A program made the position numbers and the translations under genes. Below are positions 28,053-36,827 of a stretch of DNA of 64,000 bases, one piece after another. Origin of the DNA: a bacterium (GTDB lineage: Bacteria > Patescibacteriota > Minisyncoccia > Minisyncoccales > GWA2-46-15); contig JAUYCZ010000015.1 in the NCBI GenBank assembly GCA_030704795.1, positions 27,540 through 91,539 of the forward strand, read 5' to 3'. The notes below the pieces were generated by a model. It saw only the letters and a program-made list of their open reading frames with translations, ran no database searches and was not told where the DNA came from. How positions within the stretch are numbered: position 1 is the stretch's first letter; each line of letters begins with the position of its first letter.

Positions 28053-28631
28053 TTACAAACCCAGCTCCGAAGATATCTCCTGCATGGCCGACAAAGCGAT
28101 TTGGATAAATTCGGCTAAGGGAATGCCGAGGCGCGCTTCACACTCCTGAATCTGTTCTCTTTTGACGCCGGCGGCAAAAGACTTTTCTTTCCATTTGCCG
28201 AGAACGTTTTCCACCGTCAATAAAGATAGTTTTTTCTCCGGCCGGATCAGAGCGACCGCCACGATCAAACCGGTCAGCTCATCGCAGCAGTAAAGCGACC
28301 ATTCAAGTTTGTTTTTGGGAGAATTTTGGCCAGTGTGACTGAAATTGTGCGAAAGAATCGCCCCAATGATCTCCGCATCAGCTTCACCTATTTCTTTCAA
28401 CCATCCGACCATTTTCAAAGTGTGCTGTTCCGGAGTGGCCTTGGTTTCTTCGTAATCGCCGTCGTGCAAAAGGCCGACGATTCCCCATTTTTCTTGGTCT
28501 TGGCCAAAATACTTGGCTAAAGCTCGCATCACCGCCTCAACCGAATAGCAATGCCGCCGGAGATTCACCGACTGCATTTTTCCGTGCAAAAGTTCTAACG
28601 CCTGGTTCCGATTAATCATGGATTTTTGCAA
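28053..28631 (-). CDS. HD-superfamily hydrolase
   Basis: RHC..VEAVM, GLLHD.DYE, DELTGLI. Confidence 0.85.
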   Translation of the reverse strand: MQKSMINRNQALELLHGKMQSVNLRRHCYSVEAVMRALAKYFGQDQEKWGIVGLLHDGDYEETKATPEQHTLKMVGWLKEIGEADAEIIGAILSHNFSHTGQNSPKNKLEWSLYCCDELTGLIVAVALIRPEKKLSLLTVENVLGKWKEKSFAAGVKREQIQECEARLGIPLAEFIQIALSAMQEISSELGL

Positions 28632-29012
28632 AAAGGTGTCAGGAACCTTTTTGTAACTAATTTGAATGTTTTTGAGGAACGACGAAAACAGAAGCTATAT
28701 AAACAATCGTTCCCGGGAAAAAACCGGTAAAGATCGTCAGTAATAGCCAGGCGACCCTTAAAATGACGGGGTCAAGGTCAAAATATTCACCCAGACCGCC
28801 GATGATCCCCGCGAAAACCTTGTTGTTTTGACTTCGATAAAGTTTTTTCATGAAATTACTTTTTAATAATTTTATGGCTGACCGTTTTTAGATTTTAGAT
28901 GGTGACTGTCACCTCGATAGCTACGAACAAATTTGTTCCTAAATTTCGCATTTGGCGTGAATTTGATCAAAAATCCTTTTGTTCGAACAATAAAAGGTTC
29001 CTGACACCTTTT
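28631..29012. mobile_element. IR-bounded pspC cassette
   Basis: 21-bp perfect IRs AAAAGGTGTCAGGAACCTTTT (28631) / AAAAGGTTCCTGACACCTTTT (28992); inverted partial copy of the 160-bp repeat at 28901-28970. Confidence 0.55.
28657..28851 (-). CDS. pspC: PspC-domain membrane protein
   Basis: KKLYRS...K..AG..GGLGEYF..DP...R. Confidence 0.88.
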   Translation of the reverse strand: MKKLYRSQNNKVFAGIIGGLGEYFDLDPVILRVAWLLLTIFTGFFPGTIVYIASVFVVPQKHSN

Positions 29013-29289
29013 CTTTCTGACACCTTTTCTTTCCCCTAGGAGTGTCTCATCTACCCGTCTCGGTCCCCCTTCGTTAAAACTACGGCGGGACAAGTCGGGG
29101 TCATTTTAGCACAAATGAGACAAAAACAAAAAACCGCGCTCTTGGCGGTTTTTTGGATTCTGCTCGCCCAATGAGACGAGTTTCGCATAATGAAGTGGAT
29201 AGAATTGATACATTATCCTGAACTTACCACAAAACAGACCAAAGAGCTATTGGCTCTGGTTTGATATTGCAAACAAACTCGTCTGGCTC

Positions 29290-29898
29290 CTATTCAGATG
29301 AGCAAAGACATTCGTATGTTGCAGCTATCCCACACGCGAATTCGCTTTCACATAACTCCTTAGCGATAGGTTGAACACTCCATCCCTCTTCTCCCTTTTC
29401 AGCGCACGCTGTCCGAGTGATGCATGTTTCTTCACTTGGAACACAGGTAGCACCTTCACACACACCCACTTGTCCATTTATCTGGCATGATGTCGGTTCT
29501 AGCGGGATTCCATGAATGCAGCCCGGTCTCAATCCCGTCGAGCATACGTCACTCGTGCAGGAGTTTCCATCATCGCAATCTGCATTTGTCTTGCACGCGC
29601 CGCCACAGGTACTATTGATATAGCCTTGCAATGCAGGAAGCCCGCCAGTGCGGAATGTTTCAATACCATTTTTAGCACAAGTGCCCATAACTTGATTGGT
29701 TGCCGTTTTGTCCTGATACTCAGCAATTGTTGCTTTACTTTGGCAACAATTGACGAGACTTTGAAGCGTGGTTGCGGGCTCAACGCCTGGTGGATTTCCA
29801 GATCTACCAGCGCCTGGAACTGCATTAGCAGTATTCAACAGACCAACTATAGCTACTACAGTCACAATTGCTACTATGGTTAAATTTTTGGTTTTCAT
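29290..29898 (-). CDS. Secreted cysteine-rich protein
   Basis: Signal peptide; many Cys; CDDGNSCTSDVC resembles the CTxDxC repeat. Confidence 0.7.
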   Translation of the reverse strand: MKTKNLTIVAIVTVVAIVGLLNTANAVPGAGRSGNPPGVEPATTLQSLVNCCQSKATIAEYQDKTATNQVMGTCAKNGIETFRTGGLPALQGYINSTCGGACKTNADCDDGNSCTSDVCSTGLRPGCIHGIPLEPTSCQINGQVGVCEGATCVPSEETCITRTACAEKGEEGWSVQPIAKELCESEFACGIAATYECLCSSE

Positions 29899-29975
29899 AG
29901 TTATTATTCCCTAGAACGTTTTAGATAAAACGACCTTTATGTGTGGATTTGATGTAATGATTGTTCGTGTCGTGA

Positions 29976-30311
29976 CTACAATCCAGAGAGATCAGTTTCA
30001 ATTGCTTTGAGTTCGGCATCAAGACCCGAAAGATTGGTTTCGTTGAGGTCGGCCTTAATGGCGTCGAGTTCGTCGGAAGAACGCACGGTTTGCAACTTTT
30101 CTGCAAGCGCGTCTTCTCCAGAAGGCATCTGAAGCCCCGCGTCTTGAAGCGCCTGTTGTTCCTCTGAAGAAAGTTCAATCGGCGTTAAATCCTGCTCAAT
30201 TATAAGGGATTCTTGTTGATACGAGGGCCCGCGATTCAAGAAGAATAATACTCCTCCAGCAACAACAAGAATAATAATCGCAATTGTAAGTGTGTTTTTA
30301 TTTATAGCCAT
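29976..30311 (-). CDS. Small membrane-anchored acidic protein
   Basis: N-terminal TM; SSDELDAIKADL..LD.EL tail; coupled to upstream gene. Confidence 0.7.
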   Translation of the reverse strand: MAINKNTLTIAIIILVVAGGVLFFLNRGPSYQQESLIIEQDLTPIELSSEEQQALQDAGLQMPSGEDALAEKLQTVRSSDELDAIKADLNETNLSGLDAELKAIETDLSGL

Positions 30312-30313
30312 GA

Positions 30314-31411
30314 TTATTTGTTGAGCGCTGATCTGGAACTGTTGTAATTGTTGCCTTGTATATACACCTCAATAATTATAGCGCGAAGGTTTTCTATTTC
30401 CACCTTAAGCTCTGTGGCTATCGCGCGGGCTTCTTTTGCGACTCCCCCCACGTTTTCACCAAGAAGCAGTGATTCATATTTCGTCTTAAGTTCTTCCATC
30501 TTTGCCTCGCTTTCAACGCTCATATTTTTGGCTTCCTCAATGAGCAGAATGGTCGAAGATACATCAATTCCTTGCGCTTCAAATTTTTCAATCCGCGATT
30601 CCAGCCTGCCTAAAATATGGTCAAACCGGGCCATTGCCGAGCGGAAACGATTGAGCATGCGCAATCCTTTGCCATGAGCAAGAGCAATGCGATTCCCGTC
30701 GGCTGTATCTATCTTGAGGAATCGGAAATTATCGCGAAGTTCTTTTGCGTTCTCGCGAATACCAAGATTCACGGATACTATTTCTGTCAGGAATATTCCG
30801 CGGTTGGCTCGGAGTTCATTTATGAAGTTTTTGCGCTCTTCGGGCGCGGTGGCAGATTTCAAATTCTGTATAGCGCTCGTCTGCTCGTCGTGAAATACTT
30901 CTCTCCCGGCTTCGCGTGCTACTTGCGCGGCCCTTGCGTCTTGCGACTCTCCAGGGATTCCTTGAATTTTAATATATGGTTTAGATCGCGGAGTGTCTCC
31001 TGCGTCAGGAACAGAAACTGCCTCCGTGCTTTTAATATCAATTCCGTCGAGTTTTAGAAATATTCCTTGAACTCCTTCCTCATTTATTCCGATTGCAATC
31101 AGAAACGATTTAAGCTCGGCTTCGTAGACCCCGCCGCCCTCAAGCGCTTCCGTGACTTTGTTGATGTCCGCGCCGCCAACGCCGTAGGAGAGAAGAATAT
31201 TGCCAACCTCCATCCTTACTAGCCCAACAGATTTATTTGACAGCGAAGAACCGTACCTTTGGGTAGAAACTTTACCTCCAGGAATCTGTTCAATGTATAT
31301 ATGGAGCCCCGGTACCGGGTCGCCGGCAAAGACAGGAATGCCAAAGCTCACTGCAAGTCCGGCAGTAAACACCATCCCCGTGATCAATATTGTAATTATT
31401 TTTCGATACAT
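30314..31411 (-). CDS. Secreted coiled-coil protein with mosaic short motifs
   Basis: Signal peptide; helical C-terminal half. Confidence 0.7.
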   Translation of the reverse strand: MYRKIITILITGMVFTAGLAVSFGIPVFAGDPVPGLHIYIEQIPGGKVSTQRYGSSLSNKSVGLVRMEVGNILLSYGVGGADINKVTEALEGGGVYEAELKSFLIAIGINEEGVQGIFLKLDGIDIKSTEAVSVPDAGDTPRSKPYIKIQGIPGESQDARAAQVAREAGREVFHDEQTSAIQNLKSATAPEERKNFINELRANRGIFLTEIVSVNLGIRENAKELRDNFRFLKIDTADGNRIALAHGKGLRMLNRFRSAMARFDHILGRLESRIEKFEAQGIDVSSTILLIEEAKNMSVESEAKMEELKTKYESLLLGENVGGVAKEARAIATELKVEIENLRAIIIEVYIQGNNYNSSRSALNK

Positions 31412-31550
31412 GAATTCTCTTAGTGTACGTTAAGGATTACTGTATTTTGTCTTACAAATCTACTTTACCACCAGTCGTACGAGCGTCAAGGCTGCTTTGA
31501 TAAGGACTCAGGATCCATTGGGGTCTCGGTCTCCTCGATACTTCCAACCT

Positions 31551-31566
31551 TGGCTGCGGGGCTTGG
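31551..31566 (-). repeat. Duplicated tRNA-Gln 3' end with CCA (att-like)
   Basis: CCAAGCCCCGCAGC identical to 31905-31918, followed by CA. Confidence 0.7.
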
Positions 31567-31572
31567 TATCCT

Positions 31573-31869
31573 TCACTTACGTTTCGGACTACCCTTGCGC
31601 CCCTCCACAAAATCCTTCTTCAGGGCTACGGAAACAAGTCTTTTATATGCAAAGGATTTCCCTGAACCGGTTTTAAGATATTGCTCAAAATCTCTTGATT
31701 CTTTTTCCGTTCCAAATGTGCCATACCATACTAATTTCCAAGGTATATGTGGTTTAGTAGATTTTACTTCACCACGATTATGAGACAAAACCCTTCTTTT
31801 CAAATCATCGGTCGAACCAAAATAGAAAATATGAGATTTTGAACTTAATAATATATAACAATAATACAT
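31573..31869 (-). CDS. GIY-YIG nuclease
   Basis: YCYIL, FYFGST.DL..R...HN, E.YLKTGSG. Confidence 0.88.
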   Translation of the reverse strand: MYYCYILLSSKSHIFYFGSTDDLKRRVLSHNRGEVKSTKPHIPWKLVWYGTFGTEKESRDFEQYLKTGSGKSFAYKRLVSVALKKDFVEGRKGSPKRK

Positions 31870-31905
31870 TTTGGCTTGCTATTCCGTAGCCTTGGCGAAG
31901 GATAG

Positions 31906-31976
31906 CTGCGGGGCTTGGATTCGAACCAAGATAAATGGATTCAGAGTCCATTATCCTACCATTAGATGACCCCGCA
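31906..31976 (-). tRNA. tRNA-Gln(CTG)
   Basis: TGCGGGG/CCCCGCA acceptor; ATGGA-CT-CTG-AA-TCCAT; GGTTCGAATCC. Confidence 0.93.
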
Positions 31977-31980
31977 ATGA

Positions 31981-32889
31981 TCACTTGTCTAAATATCTCC
32001 GGATGGCAATCAGGCTGGAAAAGATGCTCAGGCCGGCGCCGCTTAAAATCTGTAAGCCAAAGATAATGAAAAAATTGCCAAGGAAATACTGAAAGAGGTT
32101 AAAGCCGGAGGTCAAATAAAGAACCTTGGGAGAAAGAGAATAGCTCAAGGCCAGAAACAGCACCAGGCTGATCAAAAAGGCCAAAACCCCGCAAATTATT
32201 CCCTGGATTAAAAACGGTCCGCGGATAAACCAATTATCAGCGCCCACCAGCCTCATGATGCCGATTTCTTCTGAAGCCGAATAAATGGCCAGCCGGATGG
32301 TCACAAAAGTCAGGGAAAAGGCGATAAAAGCCAGAATCAGGGTCAGGACTAGTCCGGTTCTCTGTAAATTATTGATCAAAGAGTAGAAACTTTCAATGAC
32401 GGGCTTTCTTTGGTAATAATCAACTTTATCTATTAGGCTTTCAAAACGGGCGTTTTGCAAAAACCGGTTGATCGTTTCGTAATTGGAAACGCTGCCAGCC
32501 CGGATATTTAAAGAAGCTAAAAAAGGATTATCCCCCGCTTCCTCGAGCGCCCGGTTAATCGTTTCGTTGTCCTTGTGCTTTTCTTTAAAGATTTCCAGGG
32601 CCTGGTCTTGGGAAACATAAGCGACGCTTTTGACCTCAGGCAGCTCCAGGAGCAAATCCTTTGTTTTGAGAATTTCCGTTTCGATCGAATCTTCTTTAAA
32701 GTAAACCGAGATATCAAATTTCTTTTCCAGGGAATCCATCAAAAAGCTCGACATGCCCCGGAACAGGAAAATCGAAGTGACCAGAGAAATGGTCAAAACC
32801 ATGACGAAAATCGTCACCCCGGACAAGCCTTGGTTTCTCCGAAAACTCAACCAGCCGGCCCGAATGATTCTTTTTAAAGAAATAAACAT
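31981..32889 (-). CDS. ftsX: Cell division permease FtsX
   Basis: ISVYF, NPFLAS, EI.IMRLVGA..WFIRGPF. Confidence 0.9.
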   Translation of the reverse strand: MFISLKRIIRAGWLSFRRNQGLSGVTIFVMVLTISLVTSIFLFRGMSSFLMDSLEKKFDISVYFKEDSIETEILKTKDLLLELPEVKSVAYVSQDQALEIFKEKHKDNETINRALEEAGDNPFLASLNIRAGSVSNYETINRFLQNARFESLIDKVDYYQRKPVIESFYSLINNLQRTGLVLTLILAFIAFSLTFVTIRLAIYSASEEIGIMRLVGADNWFIRGPFLIQGIICGVLAFLISLVLFLALSYSLSPKVLYLTSGFNLFQYFLGNFFIIFGLQILSGAGLSIFSSLIAIRRYLDK

Positions 32890-33588
32890 CTAGATAACGA
32901 ATTTACCTTTCTCTTTATCACTGATAATGCGGCCACTTTCGAGGCTAATGACTCTTTTTTCCAGACTATTGATAATCTCCTGGTCGTGAGTGGCGAGAAT
33001 GACGGTGGTGTCTAATTTATTGATCTTGACTAAGAGCTTGATGATATCCCAGGTGTGATAGGGATCAAGGTTGCCCGTGGGTTCATCGGCGATGATCACT
33101 TCGGGCCGATGAATCAGGGCCCGGGCGATCGAGACTCTTTGTTTTTCGCCGCCCGACAACTCCGAGGGAAAGTGCTGAAGACAATGTTCTAAACCAACAA
33201 TTTTGAGCACCTTGGGCACTTCGGTCTTGATCTGTTCTTCAGGGGCGCCGATCACTTCGAGGGCATAGGCAATATTCTCAAAAACCGTCTTCTTTGGCAA
33301 GAGCTTGTAGTCCTGGAAGACGACGCCGACTCGCCGCCTCAATTTAGGCAAATCTCCCTTTTTGATTTTATTGACTTCGAGATTGTCAAAGAAAACCCGG
33401 CCCTTGGTCGGCCTTTCCTCGCCGATGAGTAATTTAATCAAGGTGGTTTTGCCGGCGCCGGATTTGCCCGCCACCAAAACAAACTCCTTATCCTTGATCT
33501 CAAAAGAGATGTCTTTTAGAGCCACGGTCTGATTCTTTTCTAAATGATTGGCGGGATAGATTTTACTGACGCCCTGGAATTTGATCAT
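32890..33588 (-). CDS. ftsE: Cell division ATP-binding protein FtsE
   Basis: GKSGAGKT, VFQDYKLL, LSGGE, DEPTGNLD; adjacent to ftsX. Confidence 0.92.
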   Translation of the reverse strand: MIKFQGVSKIYPANHLEKNQTVALKDISFEIKDKEFVLVAGKSGAGKTTLIKLLIGEERPTKGRVFFDNLEVNKIKKGDLPKLRRRVGVVFQDYKLLPKKTVFENIAYALEVIGAPEEQIKTEVPKVLKIVGLEHCLQHFPSELSGGEKQRVSIARALIHRPEVIIADEPTGNLDPYHTWDIIKLLVKINKLDTTVILATHDQEIINSLEKRVISLESGRIISDKEKGKFVI

Positions 33589-33593
33589 TTTGA

Positions 33594-34701
33594 TTAATGT
33601 CTTAACAGTCTCATCTCGGCTTCGACAAATTGATCTAACTTGCCGTCTAAAACCTCTTCGACCTGACTGGTTTCAACTTCGGTCCTTAAATCCTTGACTA
33701 GCTTGTAAGGATGCAAGACATAAGAGCGGATCTGGTTGCCCCAGCTGGCCGATTGTTTCTCCCCCTTTAATTGATTGGCCTCCTTTTCTCTTTTTTCTTC
33801 TTCCCGCTGAACCAATTTTGACGTCAGTACGGCCATGGCTTTCTTGCGGTTGTCTCCCTGGGTTCTCTCGACCTGGCAAGCGACAACCAGACTCGTGGGC
33901 AAGTGGGTGATCCTGACCGAACTTTCTCTTTTGTTGACATTCTGTCCGCCCGGACCCGAGGCCCGATAAAATTCGATTTTCAAGTCTTCTGGCCGAATTT
34001 GGATTTCTTTTTCGTCTTCGATTTCCGGCATCACCTCAACTTTGGCAAACGAAGTGTGGCGTAAGGCCTGGGACGAAAAAGGCGAAAGGCGCACCAGGCG
34101 GTGCACGCCCGCCTCCCCTTTTAATAATCCGTAGGCGTTGTGTCCCTCCACCTCGAAAGTGACGGATTTAGTGCCGATTCGGCCATCGGGTCCGCCGCCT
34201 TCGCCGAAAGACTGATCCAATATTACAGCCGACCAGCCCTGCCTTTCACCATAGCGCTGGTACATCCGCAAAAGCATCGTCGTCCAATCCTGGCTGTCTT
34301 GACCGCCCGCCCCGGCCATCAAAGAAAGAATGGCATTAGAACTATCATATTTTCCCGAAAGAAATATCTTTAATTCTTCCCGGTCAATCTTTTTTTCGAG
34401 ATCGGCGATCTTTCTTTCTAGTTCATCGTTTAATGACTGGTCTTCGCCGAAAACACTGGCCATTTCCTCTACCTCCCTGATTTCTGCCTCCAGATTATTG
34501 AGATTAGCCACGTCTTCTTTCAAGATCGATAGTTTCTGAAGAACCTTTTTTGCTCCTGGTTGATCTTGCCAGAAATCCGCTTCCGCCGACTTAAGGCTTA
34601 ACTCTTTAATTTGCTTTTCTTTCTGGACAACGTCAAAGACAGTCCGCCAGCTGACGGTATTTAGTTTTTAAAACTTCGATGTCGGAATTAATTGTTTTCA
34701 T
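33594..34701 (-). CDS. prfB: Peptide chain release factor 2 with programmed +1 frameshift
   Basis: SPF and GGQ motifs; ATG 34701, codon 22 CTT then TGA C (34638-34632); the +1 frame continues DVVQKEKQI...DFWQD. Confidence 0.93.
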
Positions 34702-34742
34702 CACAAAACAGGTTAATTCAGGCTAATTCTAACAGAAAACTG

Positions 34743-34813
34743 AGCCGATGGACAGAATCGAACTGTCGTCCGCGGTTTACGAAACCGCTGCTTTGCCACT
34801 AAGCTACATCGGC
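34743..34813 (-). tRNA. tRNA-Thr(CGT)
   Basis: GCCGATG/CATCGGC; GCGGT-TT-CGT-AA-ACCGC; GACAG-TTCGATT-CTGTC. Confidence 0.92.
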
Positions 34814-34904
34814 AAAGAAACCACCTCCATCCTAGCAAAAACAGGTTAAAACTGCTAGATTAAAAACATTATAACGGGCAGTAGCCCGATATATCGTAAT
34901 CGCT

Positions 34905-36020
34905 ATGAAGTATCTAAAACAAATTAAGATCGGGAAGAAAATCCTGCGTTTTCCCGTCTATTTCCCCGATGCCACCCGGGCGGTCATTCGCAGCCTCGAC
35001 AACCGGGACCTGTTGGAGGCGGGTATCGAAGGCCTGATTTTGAATCCTTACCACTTAATGTCTCTGCCCGGAACTAAAATCATCAAAAAGTTGGGTGGGA
35101 TTAAAGCTTACATGAACTGGCCGGGCCTGGCCATTACCGATTCGGGCGGTTGGCAGCTTTTGTCTCTGATCTACAAAGATAAATCCTTTGGCCAGGTGAC
35201 GGACAAGGGCGTGATTTTCCATAAAGGTTCTCTGGGCGAAAATAAAAAACACGTCTTGACTCCGGAAAGATCCATCCAGGTCCAAATGGACCTAAAGGCA
35301 GATATTATTATCTGCCTTGATGATTGCCCGGGCAAAAAAGCCACCAGAAAAGATTATGAAACGAGCGTCAGAAGAACCATTGACTGGGCTGGGCGCTGTA
35401 AAGCCGAATATGAAAAACAACTTAAGAAGAGGAAAACTCCAACAGGGGCCAGACCCCTGTTGCTGGCCGTGGTTCAGGGCGGGTCAGACAAAAACCTCCG
35501 GGCCGAATGCGCTCGAGAGTTGGTCAAAATCGGTTTTGACGGCTATGGCTGGGGCGGCTGGACCGCCGACAAAAAGGGCCACCTGAATATCGAAATCGCC
35601 AAGTTCATTGTTTCTCAACTGCCCGAAGATAAACCAAAATTCGCCCTGGGCGTGGGCTATCCCTGGGACATTATCGATTCCTTTAAGGTGGGCTACCATA
35701 TTTTTGACTGTGTCATTCCCACCCGGGAAGCCCGGCACAAACGACTCTATGCCTGGACCAAGAATCCGAATAAAGTAAACTTATTAAAAACCGACGCCCG
35801 CAGCCTTTTTCAATTCTTTTACCCAAACAAAGAAAGATATTCCCGCGACCAGAGACCGGTGGACCGATTCTGCGATTGCCGACTTTGCCAAAATTATTCC
35901 CGGGCCTACTTACGCCATCTTTTTAAGATCGGTGATTCCCTGGCCTGGCGGCTGGCTACAATACACAATTTGAGAGTTTACAGCAAATTAATAGAGTTGT
36001 TGAGAAAAAATGTCAGCTAA
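34905..36020 (+). CDS. tgt: tRNA-guanine transglycosylase
   Basis: TDSGGWQ, LDDC, VQGG, FDCVIPTR, CDCRLC...HN zinc site. Confidence 0.9.
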   Translation: MKYLKQIKIGKKILRFPVYFPDATRAVIRSLDNRDLLEAGIEGLILNPYHLMSLPGTKIIKKLGGIKAYMNWPGLAITDSGGWQLLSLIYKDKSFGQVTDKGVIFHKGSLGENKKHVLTPERSIQVQMDLKADIIICLDDCPGKKATRKDYETSVRRTIDWAGRCKAEYEKQLKKRKTPTGARPLLLAVVQGGSDKNLRAECARELVKIGFDGYGWGGWTADKKGHLNIEIAKFIVSQLPEDKPKFALGVGYPWDIIDSFKVGYHIFDCVIPTREARHKRLYAWTKNPNKVNLLKTDARSLFQFFYPNKERYSRDQRPVDRFCDCRLCQNYSRAYLRHLFKIGDSLAWRLATIHNLRVYSKLIELLRKNVS

Positions 36021-36822
36021 AGAACTCGCCCGAAAAATCCTCGCTTCCAAAAAATACTCATCCCTTTACCCAAAGACGGTTTTAAGAATTGCCGAGGATT
36101 GTCTATCCAAGTATCCCGAAAAAGAAGTGGAGAAGAAAGCTCGTCAGCTCCTGCATCAGATTTGGGGCATTTTCTACCCGACTCGCCCCGATTTCAATAA
36201 ACTGTTAGAGAAATTTAAAGAAACCATCAAAATTGTGGGAGGTCGGACCTCCCACAAACTAAGCTCTCAAGAAGTTAAAGAGGCGGCCTGGCCCATCTTG
36301 AAACTGCACGCCTCGACTAAAGAAAGGATCCCCTTTCTCGACCAGTTTTACAATCAAATCTTCCGGGTTACCGGTCAGCCCAAAATCATCATCGACTTAG
36401 CCTGCGGACTCAACCCTCTCACCTATTTCTGGCTGCCCAAGGGGGTCAAATATTTTGCTTTTGACATCGACCAAGAACAAGCCCAATTTCTGGCTTCGGT
36501 CTTTAAACTTCTGAAGGTAAATCGTGTTAAGATTGGTTTGGGAGATGTTTTTGGGGATCGTTTTCCCAAAGCCGACGTCGTCTTCCTGCTCAAAATCCTG
36601 CCCTTGATCCGGCAACAGCAAAAGACCCAGAGCCTGGAAATCCTGGAAAAACAGGATGCCAAATATGTTGTGGTTTCCTTCCCCACCAAAACCGTTTCGG
36701 GCAGAGAGAAAGGCATGGCCGATTTTTACACTAAACAGTTTGAAGAATTAATAAGAGAAAAACCCTGGGCAATCAAAAAGATCCTTTTTCCCACCGAACT
36801 CGTCTTCGTGATTAAAAAATAA
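36010..36822 (+). CDS. 16S rRNA m7G1405 methyltransferase-like (ArmA/Rmt/FmrO family)
   Basis: LHASTKER, DLACGLNP, LLK.LP, VVVSFPTK.VSGR.KGM...Y, ELVF. Confidence 0.82.
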   Translation: MSAKELARKILASKKYSSLYPKTVLRIAEDCLSKYPEKEVEKKARQLLHQIWGIFYPTRPDFNKLLEKFKETIKIVGGRTSHKLSSQEVKEAAWPILKLHASTKERIPFLDQFYNQIFRVTGQPKIIIDLACGLNPLTYFWLPKGVKYFAFDIDQEQAQFLASVFKLLKVNRVKIGLGDVFGDRFPKADVVFLLKILPLIRQQQKTQSLEILEKQDAKYVVVSFPTKTVSGREKGMADFYTKQFEELIREKPWAIKKILFPTELVFVIKK

Positions 36823-36827
36823 TTATC

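Noticed and set aside
28872-29093. 73-aa ORF
   Set aside because: Composed of translated palindromic repeats
29180-29208. GTTTCGCATAA resembling a XerC arm
   Set aside because: No matching XerD arm
30314-31411. Type VI secretion Hcp
   Set aside because: Only short motif similarity; signal peptide present; no T6SS genes
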